Below, in pieces: positions 45,612 through 57,200 of a stretch of DNA of 64,000 nt. Position 1 is the stretch's first letter. Each line of letters begins with the position of its first letter. A program made the translations under genes and the position numbers. Location: positions 96,001 through 160,000 of IMG/VR virus record IMGVR_UViG_3300028394_000001. One strand, given 5' to 3'. The notes under the pieces were generated by a model. That model searched no databases. It was not told the DNA's origin and saw only the letters and a program-made list of their open reading frames with translations. Source of the stretch: a virus.

Positions 45612-47036
45612 ATGGCTACAAATAAAAACATTCTTACAAATCAAGCAAAAGTAATCAGAGTCAAGACGGATTATTATAATCCGTCCTTAGAACTTAATGG
45701 CGATTCAATTAATTCAACTTATATATTTCTTAGCCAAGAAGATACATGGCCAACAATATCTTCCGTAGAAACTCCGACACAACCACAAGAAGACCAATTA
45801 TCATTAAAGAAAATATTTAAGAATATGTTTGCGGTTAAATTGATAAATTCCAGCAATATTCATCCAGTAATCCAAAGAATCAATTGGAAAAATAACACGA
45901 ATTTTTTTGCCTATTCCGACACTGTGAATTTGAATGCAAAAGATGCAAATGGCTTTCCACTGTATAATTTTTATGTAAAAAATAGATATGACCAAGTATT
46001 TAAATGCTTAGCAAATAACAACGGTGGTTTGTCCACATCTGAACCATATTTTGAACCTGGTTCATATGGAACAAATAATATTTACCAAGGCAATGACTTA
46101 TACAAGTGGAAATATATTTATACCATTGATGCAGGCCTCAAGAAAACCTTCTTGGATACTGTTTGGATGCCTATTCCTGTCGGTGTAAACACACCACAAC
46201 CATACTTGACTGATGCAGGTGTTGGAGACATTCAGGTAATTAATGTAACAAATGGTGGTACAGGTTATGATGCAGTAAACACATTCATTGTTGTTTCCGT
46301 CACCGGAGATGGTACAGGATGTGTTGCTAATATAACCAGTTCTGAAATAACATCTGGTGTAATTAAAGATATTGTGGTAAAACCTGGTTTTTCAGGTAAA
46401 AACTACACTAACGCAAATGTCACAATAACTGCATATACTTCCGCAAATATGGTTGTGGTTTCTTCCTCAGGCACAGGAGCAACAGCAGTTGCACCAATTT
46501 CACCAGTAGGGGGACATGCATATGATCCAATATCTGAATTGGGATGTAACCATGTTATGTACGCAGCTGAATTTAACGGAACAGAAAATGGAATTTTACC
46601 TACAACTGGTGTAAACTATCATCAAGTTGGTATACTTGTCAATCCACAAACTTATGGAACATCAGGTCCTGTGTTAGCAAATGGCGCAATTTATAATACA
46701 ACTACACAATTTTTACTTTCTTCTGGTCAAGGAAATGTATATACATCCGGTGAGATTGTGCAACAAAAAGATGCAAATGGTAATGTAACTTACTATGGAA
46801 CAGTTTTAAATTTTAACACATCAAGTAATATTTTACAGTTGATAAATACAAGTGGAAATTATACTGTTGGCCAAACAATTCTTGGTGTAACCACAGGCGC
46901 TTCTAGGGTTGTTTTCAATGTAACTGAACCTTCTCTCATTCCATTCTCAGGATATATAACCTATGTTGATAATAGAGTTGGTGTTCAAAGAAGTAATGAT
47001 GGCATCGAACAATTTAAATTTGTACTAGGATACTAA
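45612..47036 (+). CDS. 8: baseplate wedge gp8
   Basis: R.NW, FYV.N...VFKCL.N, Y.WKY.YTI, GGH..DP..ELG, SG.I.Y.DNR. Confidence 0.88.
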   Translation: MATNKNILTNQAKVIRVKTDYYNPSLELNGDSINSTYIFLSQEDTWPTISSVETPTQPQEDQLSLKKIFKNMFAVKLINSSNIHPVIQRINWKNNTNFFAYSDTVNLNAKDANGFPLYNFYVKNRYDQVFKCLANNNGGLSTSEPYFEPGSYGTNNIYQGNDLYKWKYIYTIDAGLKKTFLDTVWMPIPVGVNTPQPYLTDAGVGDIQVINVTNGGTGYDAVNTFIVVSVTGDGTGCVANITSSEITSGVIKDIVVKPGFSGKNYTNANVTITAYTSANMVVVSSSGTGATAVAPISPVGGHAYDPISELGCNHVMYAAEFNGTENGILPTTGVNYHQVGILVNPQTYGTSGPVLANGAIYNTTTQFLLSSGQGNVYTSGEIVQQKDANGNVTYYGTVLNFNTSSNILQLINTSGNYTVGQTILGVTTGASRVVFNVTEPSLIPFSGYITYVDNRVGVQRSNDGIEQFKFVLGY

Positions 47037-47045
47037 AGGAAAAAA

Positions 47046-50000
47046 ATGTCTTTAAATTTCAATGTTAGCCCATATTTTGACGATTTTGATCCATCAAAAA
47101 ACTTTCACCGTATACTTTTCAAACCAGGTTCTGCGGTCCAAGCTCGTGAATTAACGCAATCTCAAACCATTCTGCAAAATCAAATTTCAAATTTTGCATC
47201 ATCGATCTTTTCCACAAATACTCCAGTTTCTGGTGGCCAAGTAACGGTTAACCAAAATTGTTATTTTATTAAATTGAATAACACATATAATGGAATAACT
47301 GTTGTTGCAGAAAATTTTGCAGGTCAATTAATTCAAGATGCAAGTGGAACAATTCTCGCTAGAGTTTTAGCCACATCCGAGTCAACAGCCAGTGGTTCCG
47401 TTGCTGGTGATCCTCCAACATTAATCATATCATATCTGTCGGGTGCTAAATTTACAGATGAAGTTGTTCTTACAACAGCAAGTGGTCCAACATATTTCGC
47501 TTCTGTTATAACATCTACAACAACAAATATATCAACAGGATCATCTTCTGTTGCCTCAATTTCTAGTGGTGTTTTCTATGTAGTTAATGGTTATTCCGTT
47601 TCAGACACCACAGGTATTAAATATTCAATTGGTAATTTTGTTCAAGTTGATCCACAAACAATCATACTAAACAAATATGATAATACACCATCTTATAGAA
47701 TTGGTCTGCAAATTACAGAAACAATTTATGATTATATAAATGATTCTTCTCTATTAGATCCGGCGGTTGGTGCTTCAAATTATCAAGCGCCAGGTGCAGA
47801 CCGTTATGTTATTACCTTAACACTCGTAACACTGCCATTAACACTAGGTAATGATGACAATTTTATTGAATTGGTTCGTATTGAAAATGGTAAAATCTCA
47901 AAACAAGTTGATGGTACAGTATATTCAACCATCGATGATTACTTTGCAAAACGTGATTATGAAACAAACGGTGATTATATCGTTAATGATTTTAAACTGA
48001 CACCATCAGCAAACTCAATATCACCAACGGAATATGATTTAAACATTAGTAAAGGTGTTGCATATGTTCACGGTTATAGAGTTGAGAGCCAATCTGATAT
48101 TAAATTAACAAACGACAGAGCTCAATCTGTTGCAAATATTAGTAATAATCCCGTCTTTATTGATTATGGAAATTATTTTGTTGTCGATACTGCAAATGGC
48201 GTTTTCGACATTTCAACAATGCCGCAAGTTGATTTGCATTGTGTTCCTGCAGCTAACGTCATTTCGACCAATACCAAAACTTATTCAGCCACTTTGGCGG
48301 GTACAGCTTTTATTCGCAATCTAAAATACGCTTCAGGAACTGGAACAAATACAAAATCTTATGTTTACAATGCATATATTTCAGATTTTTCCGCAAACAA
48401 ATTAACCGGAAATGTTACTTCAGGTACCACAAATACATTTACCATTACAGATACAACTGGTTCTTTTTCACCTGTTGCAAATGCATATTATGATATGACC
48501 GTCAGTATGAATACAGGTGGTCTAATTGATGTTAGAAATATTGTTAGTTATAATGGTTCCACCAAAACAGCAACTGTTGATTATCCGTTTACAGTTTCAC
48601 CTACAGCAAGTTCAATATTTTCATTAATATTCAGAGGCACTGATGTTGAGTCTATTATTAAAACCGCAGGTTCAGGTTCATATGCAACAACTGCAAATGT
48701 TAATATTAACTCCACCAGTGGAAAAGTTAACGGCCTTGCAAATTCTCAAACAATATTATTCTCTCAAGTATCACCTGAAGTAATATATCAAATTGGATAT
48801 CCTTATGTTGCTCAGTTGATTACAACATCATATTACACACAAAGAGTATACCGATCAAAAACATTTACTGGTACAACATTAACGCTACAATCTACTTCCG
48901 GAAATGCAAGCAATCCATTAAAATTTACAGGTTCTGGAACCTTAGACAGTTCATCAGCTCAACAACTGTTCATGGTTATTGATAATTCAACAGGAAGTGT
49001 TATGGATTTTACCACATCAGGTAATACAATTTCCATTTCAGGCGATAAAACCACAGCAACCTTCACTGTTGGATCAGGCGTTGGAACAAATAAAAATGTT
49101 ACAATTATCGCACAAGTTCAAGTGAGTAGTGGTGATTCTTCGAGTTATGTTTTAAAATCTAAGAGTTTAGTTACAGGAAATACCACAATTGTTGGTACAC
49201 TCGCATCAATTGCGGGTACAAATTCTTATCAGGACTTAACAAAAGGTCAAATTACAATTAAAAATTCAGATGTTACCACAACTGGAAAAATATCTTTATA
49301 TGTAAATGACGTTAAGAAAATTACAAAAGTTTTTGATTCGGGTGTAGCAGGAACAAACCCAACTGGTTCATTGTCAAATTACACAGATGTTACTTCCTAC
49401 TATAAATTAGACAACGGCCAAAGAGACAATTTTTATGACCATGCATCTGTATCATTAATTCCAGGTGCACCTCGCCCAGTAGGCAACATCTTAGTTGTTG
49501 TGGACTACTATTCACATAGTCAAGCTTCATCTGGTGATGGTTACTTTAGCATTCAATCATACAATACTTCAGGATCAACATACGGTGGCGTATCGAGTTC
49601 AGCTGAAGCTTATGCACAAATTGGAACATACACAGCTAATGACGGTGTTAAATATACATTAGGTGATTGTATTGATTTCAGGCCTTGCCGTGTAAATAGC
49701 CAGACTGCCTATATTTGGGAATATTCAGGATCTCAAACTTCCAGTAATGATATTGGTATGTTAATACCGAATAATTTATCAAATTTTTCAGGATTCTATC
49801 AATATTATTTGGCTAGAAAAGATAAATTGGTATTAACAAAAGATAAGAGTTTCAATATTATTCAAGGAACACCTTCTGTCAATCCTTCTTTTCCAAATCA
49901 ACCTGCCGGTTCTCTAGTAATAGCAAATCTCTCACATGACGCTTATACAGCTTTTGTTCCAGGTGAAGGTACTCCAGGTACAATTTCTAACCTATCTATT

Positions 50001-53000
50001 AATAAGATTATTCACAAGCGTTGGGCTAAAGAAGACATTACAGATTTAGAAACCCGTATTAATAATTTGGAATACTATACATCTTTAAGTATTTTAGAAT
50101 CGAAAGCAAGTTCTCAACAAATTCCTGATGCTAATGGTTTGAATAGATTTAAAAATGGTATTTTAGTTGATGATTTTTCATCATTTGGAACAGCAGATAC
50201 TTATAATCCAGACTACGCTGCAAACATTAATGTACGCAAAAATCAAATGTCGGCGTTGCAAACTGTTGAAAATTTTCAATTACAAAATCCTGTCGTTCTT
50301 GCTGGTTTAGGTACGATAGCAAATACAGGCAGTTATAGCATTAGTGGCATCAATAATGCTCAAACTAATCTATTCACATTACCATTTACAACTGAAAATG
50401 TTGCATATCAACCACTTGCAAGCAGTACAGTTTCGGTTAATCCTTTCAATGTTTCAGTAACTGAAGGTATTCTAAATTTAAATCCTCCAATGGATAATTG
50501 GGTAGATAACAACGAATCTCCTGCAATTCTAATAACTGATCCTAATTTCCAAGTTTATCAATCCAGTAATGGCGTTAACTTATTAAGTTCAGGTGACTAT
50601 CAAACAATACCAGGAACAACAACCTTTAAAAGCACTACATCAACAAGTACAACAGGAAATCAAGTTGTGGGGTCAGCAACAACAACCATAGTAACCGACA
50701 CTTATGTTAATCAGATAAAAAATACTCTTTCAGGTGCTTATAATCCATCATCTTCAACTTTTGCAATGAATAATGGTTATTTGACAAATGTTGCAATATT
50801 ACCATACATTAGAAGTCAAAGAATTGTTATTAGTGCAACAAATATGTTAGTTAATTCAAATGTATCAACATATTTTGATGGTGTAGATGTATCTAAATAT
50901 TTGTCTAATCCAAATACCATCGAATTAACTGCTGTATCTGGAACATTCAACAAAGATGATATTGTTGGTTTCTACATAGCAAATGTTTTTTATCCAGTTG
51001 CTCGAGTAATTAACGTATATTATTATCCAAATACATCAAAAGTTCGTTTATATGTTGCAGATATAGTTGGCGCACCAAATGCAGTAGGATCAACAATATT
51101 AAGAAATGCATTTTTCGACGTTAGTGGTAATTATGTTTCTTCTTCTGCATCAGGAACCGTGCCGGCTGGAGCAATAGTAAACATAAGTCAATCAGGATCA
51201 ATCAGTGGTGTTGGAGGAGGTTGGTCTAACACATTAAATAGTGGAACAACAACTCAATTATATGGAACACCAGTAGTACAAAACTATTCAACTCTACTTA
51301 ACAATTATGGTATTTGGGGTGATGCAACTAACGGAACAACATTTAATTTCACTTCGCCGGTAACATTCACAACGGCAGGAACATATACCATAGAAGTTGG
51401 TGCATCTGGCAGCGCTTTTGTTTATGCAAATGGAACAAGTATTGGTGCATCCTTATCAAGCACACCCGCATCTACGACAACATTCACATATACAGTCGCA
51501 ACTGCTCCAGCTACAGTAAGAATTGGTTTTTCTGCGACAAGTTCAGGTACAACAACCTCAGCTTTTGGTATGACGATCAAAGATTCTGGAAGTAATATTG
51601 TTTATTCAACAATCAATCCACCAATCTCATATGTAAATGCAGGTACAAAATCTATATTGCCTGGTGGTGGTGAATGGTTCATTGATGCCACACAATTAAG
51701 ATTAGATCCATCAACTGCGTCCAATATTTCAGATTATTATGTAGGCTCAACTATAAGTGTAACTTCAAAATATGTTTATATATTCAATAACAGATATTAC
51801 AGTAAAACTCAGACATTCAATTCAACTATTACCGCCTACAGTAACGCAACAAAATTAGTCACATTATCCACACCTGTTAATTTATCATTAGGAACAAATT
51901 CACAAATAGGTGGAGATATAACTTCTGTTTATTCAATTAGTGGTAATTTAAGTAAAATTAATGCTGCAGTTCAAGCAGGAACTTCACTAGCTAAACCATC
52001 CACAGATGAAGCTGGTAATTTTGTTGCTGTTTTCAATATACCACCTGGAGTATTCAAAACAGGTAGCAGAGTGTTTCGTATAGATAACAGAACTGTTGCA
52101 ACTCAGCCATCAACCGCAACAACAATAGCTGAAGCTACATTTGTTGCTTCCGGTTTATCGACAGTATCACAACAAGTAAATTTTGCACCTTCATTAGATT
52201 CATCCAGCTCAGTGTTTACACAGGTGAGTGAGTTATCAAATCAATTTATTAGTTCAAATAGAAGTAGCACCACAAGAAGTTGGGACTTGACGCCTCCACC
52301 GCCGCCGCCACCACCACCGCCACCGCCGCCACAGAATTCAGATCCACTTGCCCAGACTTTTATTGTTTCTAAAGAAAATTATCCTAATGGAATTTTCTTA
52401 TATTCAGTTAAATTATTTTTCTATTCAAAAGCTACAGATAATTCTCCAGTCAGACTTACTGTTGTTCCCACACTTAATGGTTATCCAACAGGAGATACGT
52501 TGGACTATTCAACTGTATACCTAGAACCAAGTAAGGTTAATGTTTCAACTACACCACATTATTTGGATCCATCTTCTTATACTGAATTTATTTTCCCTGC
52601 ACCTGTTTATATTCAATCGGGTGTTATGTATGCTTTCATTGTAAAATCTTCTTCGAAAGATTATTTGGTTTATTACGGTCAACAAAATCAAATTGCTATA
52701 CCTTCTACAGCGAAGGCTAAAGTGTCTGATCCAAATCCAGCCAGTCCGACAAAAATTACGGCTTCACCTTATATTGGTTCTCTATTTGAATCACAAAATA
52801 GTATAACATGGTCAGCAGACCAAACTAAATCTATGATGTTTGTTATGGAAAAATGTGTATTCTCAACTGACAGAGTTTCAATACCTTTTATTATTCCTAA
52901 AAATCTACCATATAGAAAAATGGGAAGTCAAGAAATTTTGAATAAGTTAGATGCAAATAGTGCTTCAAACCTATTTGGAAACTATTCACTAGATAAAAAT

Positions 53001-54017
53001 TATCATGCATTAAACATCACTACAACAGATTTCACACCTTCAGGAACTGATATTAATTATACATATGCTACAACATTAAGTACCGGAAATGTTCCGACAG
53101 GTGTTAAATCAGTCAATCCTGGAAAATTAGGAAGTCCCACATATGAAGACATTTATCTGTCCGATGGTAATGGAGAAAGAGTCCTATTGAGATCCTCAAA
53201 TAGTTCATTCTCTTTGTATGCATCATTAGTTACAAATGATTCCGATGTGTCTCCAATCATTTCCGATGATGGTCTTACACTGTATACTGTTTCCTATAAC
53301 ATTAACAACATGGGTATTGGTAATAACATTATTTCAATTAGCAATCCAGGTTATGGTTATAATGTTAATACAACAACAATATCAATTTCAAGTCCTGATA
53401 TTGGTTCCAATACTGCATCATTAGGATTTACTGCAAATGCAAATGGTGCAATTACTTCAGTTTATACCATCACATCAGGAGCTGGTTACATTAACACACC
53501 AACAATTACAATTTCCGATGCTGCAACTCGCGGCGGAAATGCAAATGTTGTTATAACTGTTGCAGGTGAAACCTCACCTTCAGGTGGTAATTCAATTGCA
53601 AAATACTTCACAAAGAAAGTTGTACTTGCACCAGGAAATGATTCAGGTGATTTGCGTGTATACTATACAGCTTATAAACCACCTGGGACAGCTGTTTATG
53701 TTTACTACAAAATTCTAAACGCTGACGATACTTCAACATTTGAATCTGGAAATTGGCAATTAATGACCACTCTCCAAAATCCAAATACATACTCCAAATC
53801 TAGGACTGACCTATATGAATATGAGTGTGCTCCTGGAATTTTTGCAAGTAATCAAGCTGATAACAGTATAAGTTACACCAATTCCACAACAGGCCAGACG
53901 TATAATTCATTCATCCAATTTGCAATCAAGGTAGTTTTGGCAACAAGTGATAATACCATTGTTCCATTCCTAACAGATATTCGCGCATTAGCATTACCGG
54001 CAGGAACAGGAATCTAA
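47046..54017 (+). CDS. large virion structural protein (VrlC/DUF4815-like)
   Basis: FNVSPYFDDFD..KNF.RILFKPG.AVQARELTQ.Q; APGADR; RFKNG.LVDDF; DPLAQTF. Confidence 0.85.
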   Translation: MSLNFNVSPYFDDFDPSKNFHRILFKPGSAVQARELTQSQTILQNQISNFASSIFSTNTPVSGGQVTVNQNCYFIKLNNTYNGITVVAENFAGQLIQDASGTILARVLATSESTASGSVAGDPPTLIISYLSGAKFTDEVVLTTASGPTYFASVITSTTTNISTGSSSVASISSGVFYVVNGYSVSDTTGIKYSIGNFVQVDPQTIILNKYDNTPSYRIGLQITETIYDYINDSSLLDPAVGASNYQAPGADRYVITLTLVTLPLTLGNDDNFIELVRIENGKISKQVDGTVYSTIDDYFAKRDYETNGDYIVNDFKLTPSANSISPTEYDLNISKGVAYVHGYRVESQSDIKLTNDRAQSVANISNNPVFIDYGNYFVVDTANGVFDISTMPQVDLHCVPAANVISTNTKTYSATLAGTAFIRNLKYASGTGTNTKSYVYNAYISDFSANKLTGNVTSGTTNTFTITDTTGSFSPVANAYYDMTVSMNTGGLIDVRNIVSYNGSTKTATVDYPFTVSPTASSIFSLIFRGTDVESIIKTAGSGSYATTANVNINSTSGKVNGLANSQTILFSQVSPEVIYQIGYPYVAQLITTSYYTQRVYRSKTFTGTTLTLQSTSGNASNPLKFTGSGTLDSSSAQQLFMVIDNSTGSVMDFTTSGNTISISGDKTTATFTVGSGVGTNKNVTIIAQVQVSSGDSSSYVLKSKSLVTGNTTIVGTLASIAGTNSYQDLTKGQITIKNSDVTTTGKISLYVNDVKKITKVFDSGVAGTNPTGSLSNYTDVTSYYKLDNGQRDNFYDHASVSLIPGAPRPVGNILVVVDYYSHSQASSGDGYFSIQSYNTSGSTYGGVSSSAEAYAQIGTYTANDGVKYTLGDCIDFRPCRVNSQTAYIWEYSGSQTSSNDIGMLIPNNLSNFSGFYQYYLARKDKLVLTKDKSFNIIQGTPSVNPSFPNQPAGSLVIANLSHDAYTAFVPGEGTPGTISNLSINKIIHKRWAKEDITDLETRINNLEYYTSLSILESKASSQQIPDANGLNRFKNGILVDDFSSFGTADTYNPDYAANINVRKNQMSALQTVENFQLQNPVVLAGLGTIANTGSYSISGINNAQTNLFTLPFTTENVAYQPLASSTVSVNPFNVSVTEGILNLNPPMDNWVDNNESPAILITDPNFQVYQSSNGVNLLSSGDYQTIPGTTTFKSTTSTSTTGNQVVGSATTTIVTDTYVNQIKNTLSGAYNPSSSTFAMNNGYLTNVAILPYIRSQRIVISATNMLVNSNVSTYFDGVDVSKYLSNPNTIELTAVSGTFNKDDIVGFYIANVFYPVARVINVYYYPNTSKVRLYVADIVGAPNAVGSTILRNAFFDVSGNYVSSSASGTVPAGAIVNISQSGSISGVGGGWSNTLNSGTTTQLYGTPVVQNYSTLLNNYGIWGDATNGTTFNFTSPVTFTTAGTYTIEVGASGSAFVYANGTSIGASLSSTPASTTTFTYTVATAPATVRIGFSATSSGTTTSAFGMTIKDSGSNIVYSTINPPISYVNAGTKSILPGGGEWFIDATQLRLDPSTASNISDYYVGSTISVTSKYVYIFNNRYYSKTQTFNSTITAYSNATKLVTLSTPVNLSLGTNSQIGGDITSVYSISGNLSKINAAVQAGTSLAKPSTDEAGNFVAVFNIPPGVFKTGSRVFRIDNRTVATQPSTATTIAEATFVASGLSTVSQQVNFAPSLDSSSSVFTQVSELSNQFISSNRSSTTRSWDLTPPPPPPPPPPPPPQNSDPLAQTFIVSKENYPNGIFLYSVKLFFYSKATDNSPVRLTVVPTLNGYPTGDTLDYSTVYLEPSKVNVSTTPHYLDPSSYTEFIFPAPVYIQSGVMYAFIVKSSSKDYLVYYGQQNQIAIPSTAKAKVSDPNPASPTKITASPYIGSLFESQNSITWSADQTKSMMFVMEKCVFSTDRVSIPFIIPKNLPYRKMGSQEILNKLDANSASNLFGNYSLDKNYHALNITTTDFTPSGTDINYTYATTLSTGNVPTGVKSVNPGKLGSPTYEDIYLSDGNGERVLLRSSNSSFSLYASLVTNDSDVSPIISDDGLTLYTVSYNINNMGIGNNIISISNPGYGYNVNTTTISISSPDIGSNTASLGFTANANGAITSVYTITSGAGYINTPTITISDAATRGGNANVVITVAGETSPSGGNSIAKYFTKKVVLAPGNDSGDLRVYYTAYKPPGTAVYVYYKILNADDTSTFESGNWQLMTTLQNPNTYSKSRTDLYEYECAPGIFASNQADNSISYTNSTTGQTYNSFIQFAIKVVLATSDNTIVPFLTDIRALALPAGTGI

Positions 54018-54018
54018 C

Positions 54019-54240
54019 ATGCAACTAGTAAAAGTTACCAATACAAATTTTGTTCGTGATATTGAAAGTAGAGCTCTAATGCCTACTGATAATACAGAAA
54101 AAAATGAGTATTATGCTAAGCTTAGGTTGGTTAAGATGCAAAAAGATGAAATAAATAAAGTAAAGTCAGAAATAGATTGCATCAAATCGGATATGTGTGA
54201 AATAAAATCCCTGTTGCAACAATTACTAATAAAAGGTTAA
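54019..54240 (+). CDS. small coiled-coil protein following the VrlC-like gene
   Basis: VRD..S.A...EI..LK.E...IK.LL; conserved position in T4-like aquatic phages. Confidence 0.75.
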   Translation: MQLVKVTNTNFVRDIESRALMPTDNTEKNEYYAKLRLVKMQKDEINKVKSEIDCIKSDMCEIKSLLQQLLIKG

Positions 54241-54241
54241 G

Positions 54242-57200
54242 ATGGCAAATACAGTTAATATTTTAGGCTACGCCAACACATTTGGTGATTGGATCGTTGC
54301 AACTAATGCAGGTTCCAATGAAATCAATTCTATTGGTAAATACGATTGGACCAAAGATTCTGGCACATTGACTTTAAATGGTACAGGTACTGCTTTAACT
54401 GTTGCTAATAATGTCATTGTTGCAGGTCAATTACTGGTTACAGGTACAGCTTCTTCAGCAACTATCGACAATAATTTAACTGTAGGTAAACAAGTATATT
54501 TTACAAACACTACACAAAGCTTGGTTGCAAGTGGTTCTGTTACTGCAAATGGTACAGTTTATGCTAGCAATACAGGAACAAGTTTAGCCGTTGCAAACAA
54601 TACTACAATTGGAGGTTCTTTAACGGTAGGTGGTGTAACATTAATCTCAAATACATTAACTGTTACTAAATCAACAGTTCTTCAAAATACTTTGAGTGTT
54701 GGTAAAGACACAATAATTACAGGTAATTTAAATGCAACATTAGAAACTTATACTAACTTATTAGTATCTAATACGGCTATCAGAGCAGCAGTTTTATCAG
54801 TTCTTGGTACCACTTATACTAACACACTTCAGGCCAATACAAACATTTTAACTGGGGTAATTCAATCTAACACTTCAGTAAATACCGCAACACTATCTGT
54901 AACAGGCACATCCTTTACAGATAAACTACAATCTAACACCGCAGTTAATACTGCCACAATATCCGTTACTGGTGCAAGTTTTACCAATACTTTACAAGCT
55001 AACACCGCCGTAAATACAGCCACGTCTTCAGTAACAGGCGCAAGTTTTACCAATACTTTACAAGCTAACACCGCTGTAAATACAGCCACACTATCTGTTA
55101 CCAATATTTCATATACCGATAAACTACAAGCTAATGCCGTTGTAAATACTGCGACTTCTTCGGTGACAGGTATTTCTTACACAGATAAGTTACAATCTAA
55201 TACAGCAGTTAATACTGCCACAATATCCGTTACTGGTGCAAGTTTTACTAACACACTTCAATCTAATACGGCAGTTAATACTGCGACTTCTTCAGTGACT
55301 GGTATTTCTCATACTGATAGATTACAAGCTAATAGTTCAGTTAATACGGCTACAATATCTGTTACTAATATTTCTCACACAGATAGATTACAGGCTAATA
55401 GTTCAGTAAATACCGCAACACTATCTGTTACCAATATTTCTCATATCGATAAAGTGCAAGCTAATAGCGTTGTAAATACAGCCACATTATCTGTTACCAA
55501 CATTGCTTATACTGATAAGTTACAAGCTAATAGTGTTGTAAATACCGCCACACTATCGGTCACAGGTGTTTCGTATACTAACACACTTCAGGCCAATACG
55601 AATGTTTTAACTGGAGTAATTCAGTCTAATACTGCTGTTAATACGGCTACAATATCTGTTACTAATATTTCTCATACAGATAGATTACAGGCTAATAGTT
55701 CAGTTAATACTGCTATTTTATCTGTTACCAATATTTCTCATATCGATAAAGTACAAGCTAATAGCGTTGTTAATACAGCCACATTATCGGTTACCAATAT
55801 TTCGTTTACAGATAAGTTACAGGCTAATAGCGTTGTAAATACAGCCACATTATCTGTTACTAACATTGCTTATACCGATAAGTTACAAGCTAATAGCGTT
55901 GTAAATACAGCCACATTATCCGTGGTTGGCAATACTTGGACTAATAGAGTTCAAGCTAATGCTTCCGTAAATACAGCCACATTATCCGTGGTTGGCAATA
56001 CTTGGACTAATGCATTACAAGCTAACGCGACAGTTAATACGGTTACAATGTCTGTGGTTGGCACTAGTTACACAGGATATTTGCAATCTAATAATACTGT
56101 AAACACTACTACAATTTCAGCAACAGGAAATACATATACTAGTTATCTTATTGCAAATAATGATATTTCTGTATCTAAACTGTATGTTACGAGTACACTT
56201 CTTTCGGCAACAAATGCTGTAGGTGCATTCCAATCTCTAACAACATCGGCCGGTTTGACTGTTGGTGGTACGTTTACAATTAACGGAACAACAGTTTATA
56301 CAACAAATAATTTTGTAATAAACGCAAACACTTATACACCAATCACAAGTTATTTTAGTGTTAATAGGGGTACTGCAAATAATCAACCCACTGGTATTCC
56401 AAATGCAAATGCATCCATTCGTTGGAACGAATCAAACAAATATTGGGATATTTTAGATTCAAATAATGGCATTTACTATTCGCAAATTATGACTGCGAAT
56501 ATGATTTCTGATAGTGCAACATCTACAAGTATTTCAACTGTTCCAACAAGTAAAATTTCAACCGCAATTTATGCTCATGCGAACGCGGCCTTTGAGCAAG
56601 CTAATGTAGCAATACCAGCTAGCTCGTATGCTAACTCAGCTTACCTGCAAGCTAATTCAGCCTATGTGTCACAGAATACAACCGGTCAATATGCTAACTC
56701 GGCCTATGGTGTATCCAATTCAGCTAGTTCGTATGCTAATTCAGCTTACCGTGGCGCAAATTCAGCCAGTTCGTATGCTAATTCAGCATTTATTACTGCT
56801 AACAATGCTTTAGCTAATGTTGGTTCCATGGTTACGTCTAATAGCAGTACCATGTATACTTTTGCCAACAATTCGGCATCCACTTCGAATGTCACAGGTT
56901 CCGTTGTTATTGCGGGCGGCCTTGGTGTAGGTGGTAGTGTATACACTGGCAATGTTGTGATTAGAGGTTCTGGTAATGGTATTACCTTTGTTGATGGTTC
57001 GGTTCAATTCACAGCAGGTTCACCTGCAGCATCTGTATATGCTAATGCCGGTTTTGCACAGGCTAATACAGGTACTCTAAATGCAGCGTCAGCCAGTTCA
57101 TACGCTAATGGTGCATTCTTAGTAGCTAATACAGGTACTTTAAATGCTGCAGCAGGAAGTTCATATGCCAACTCAGCTTATGGTGTAGCTAATAATGCAT

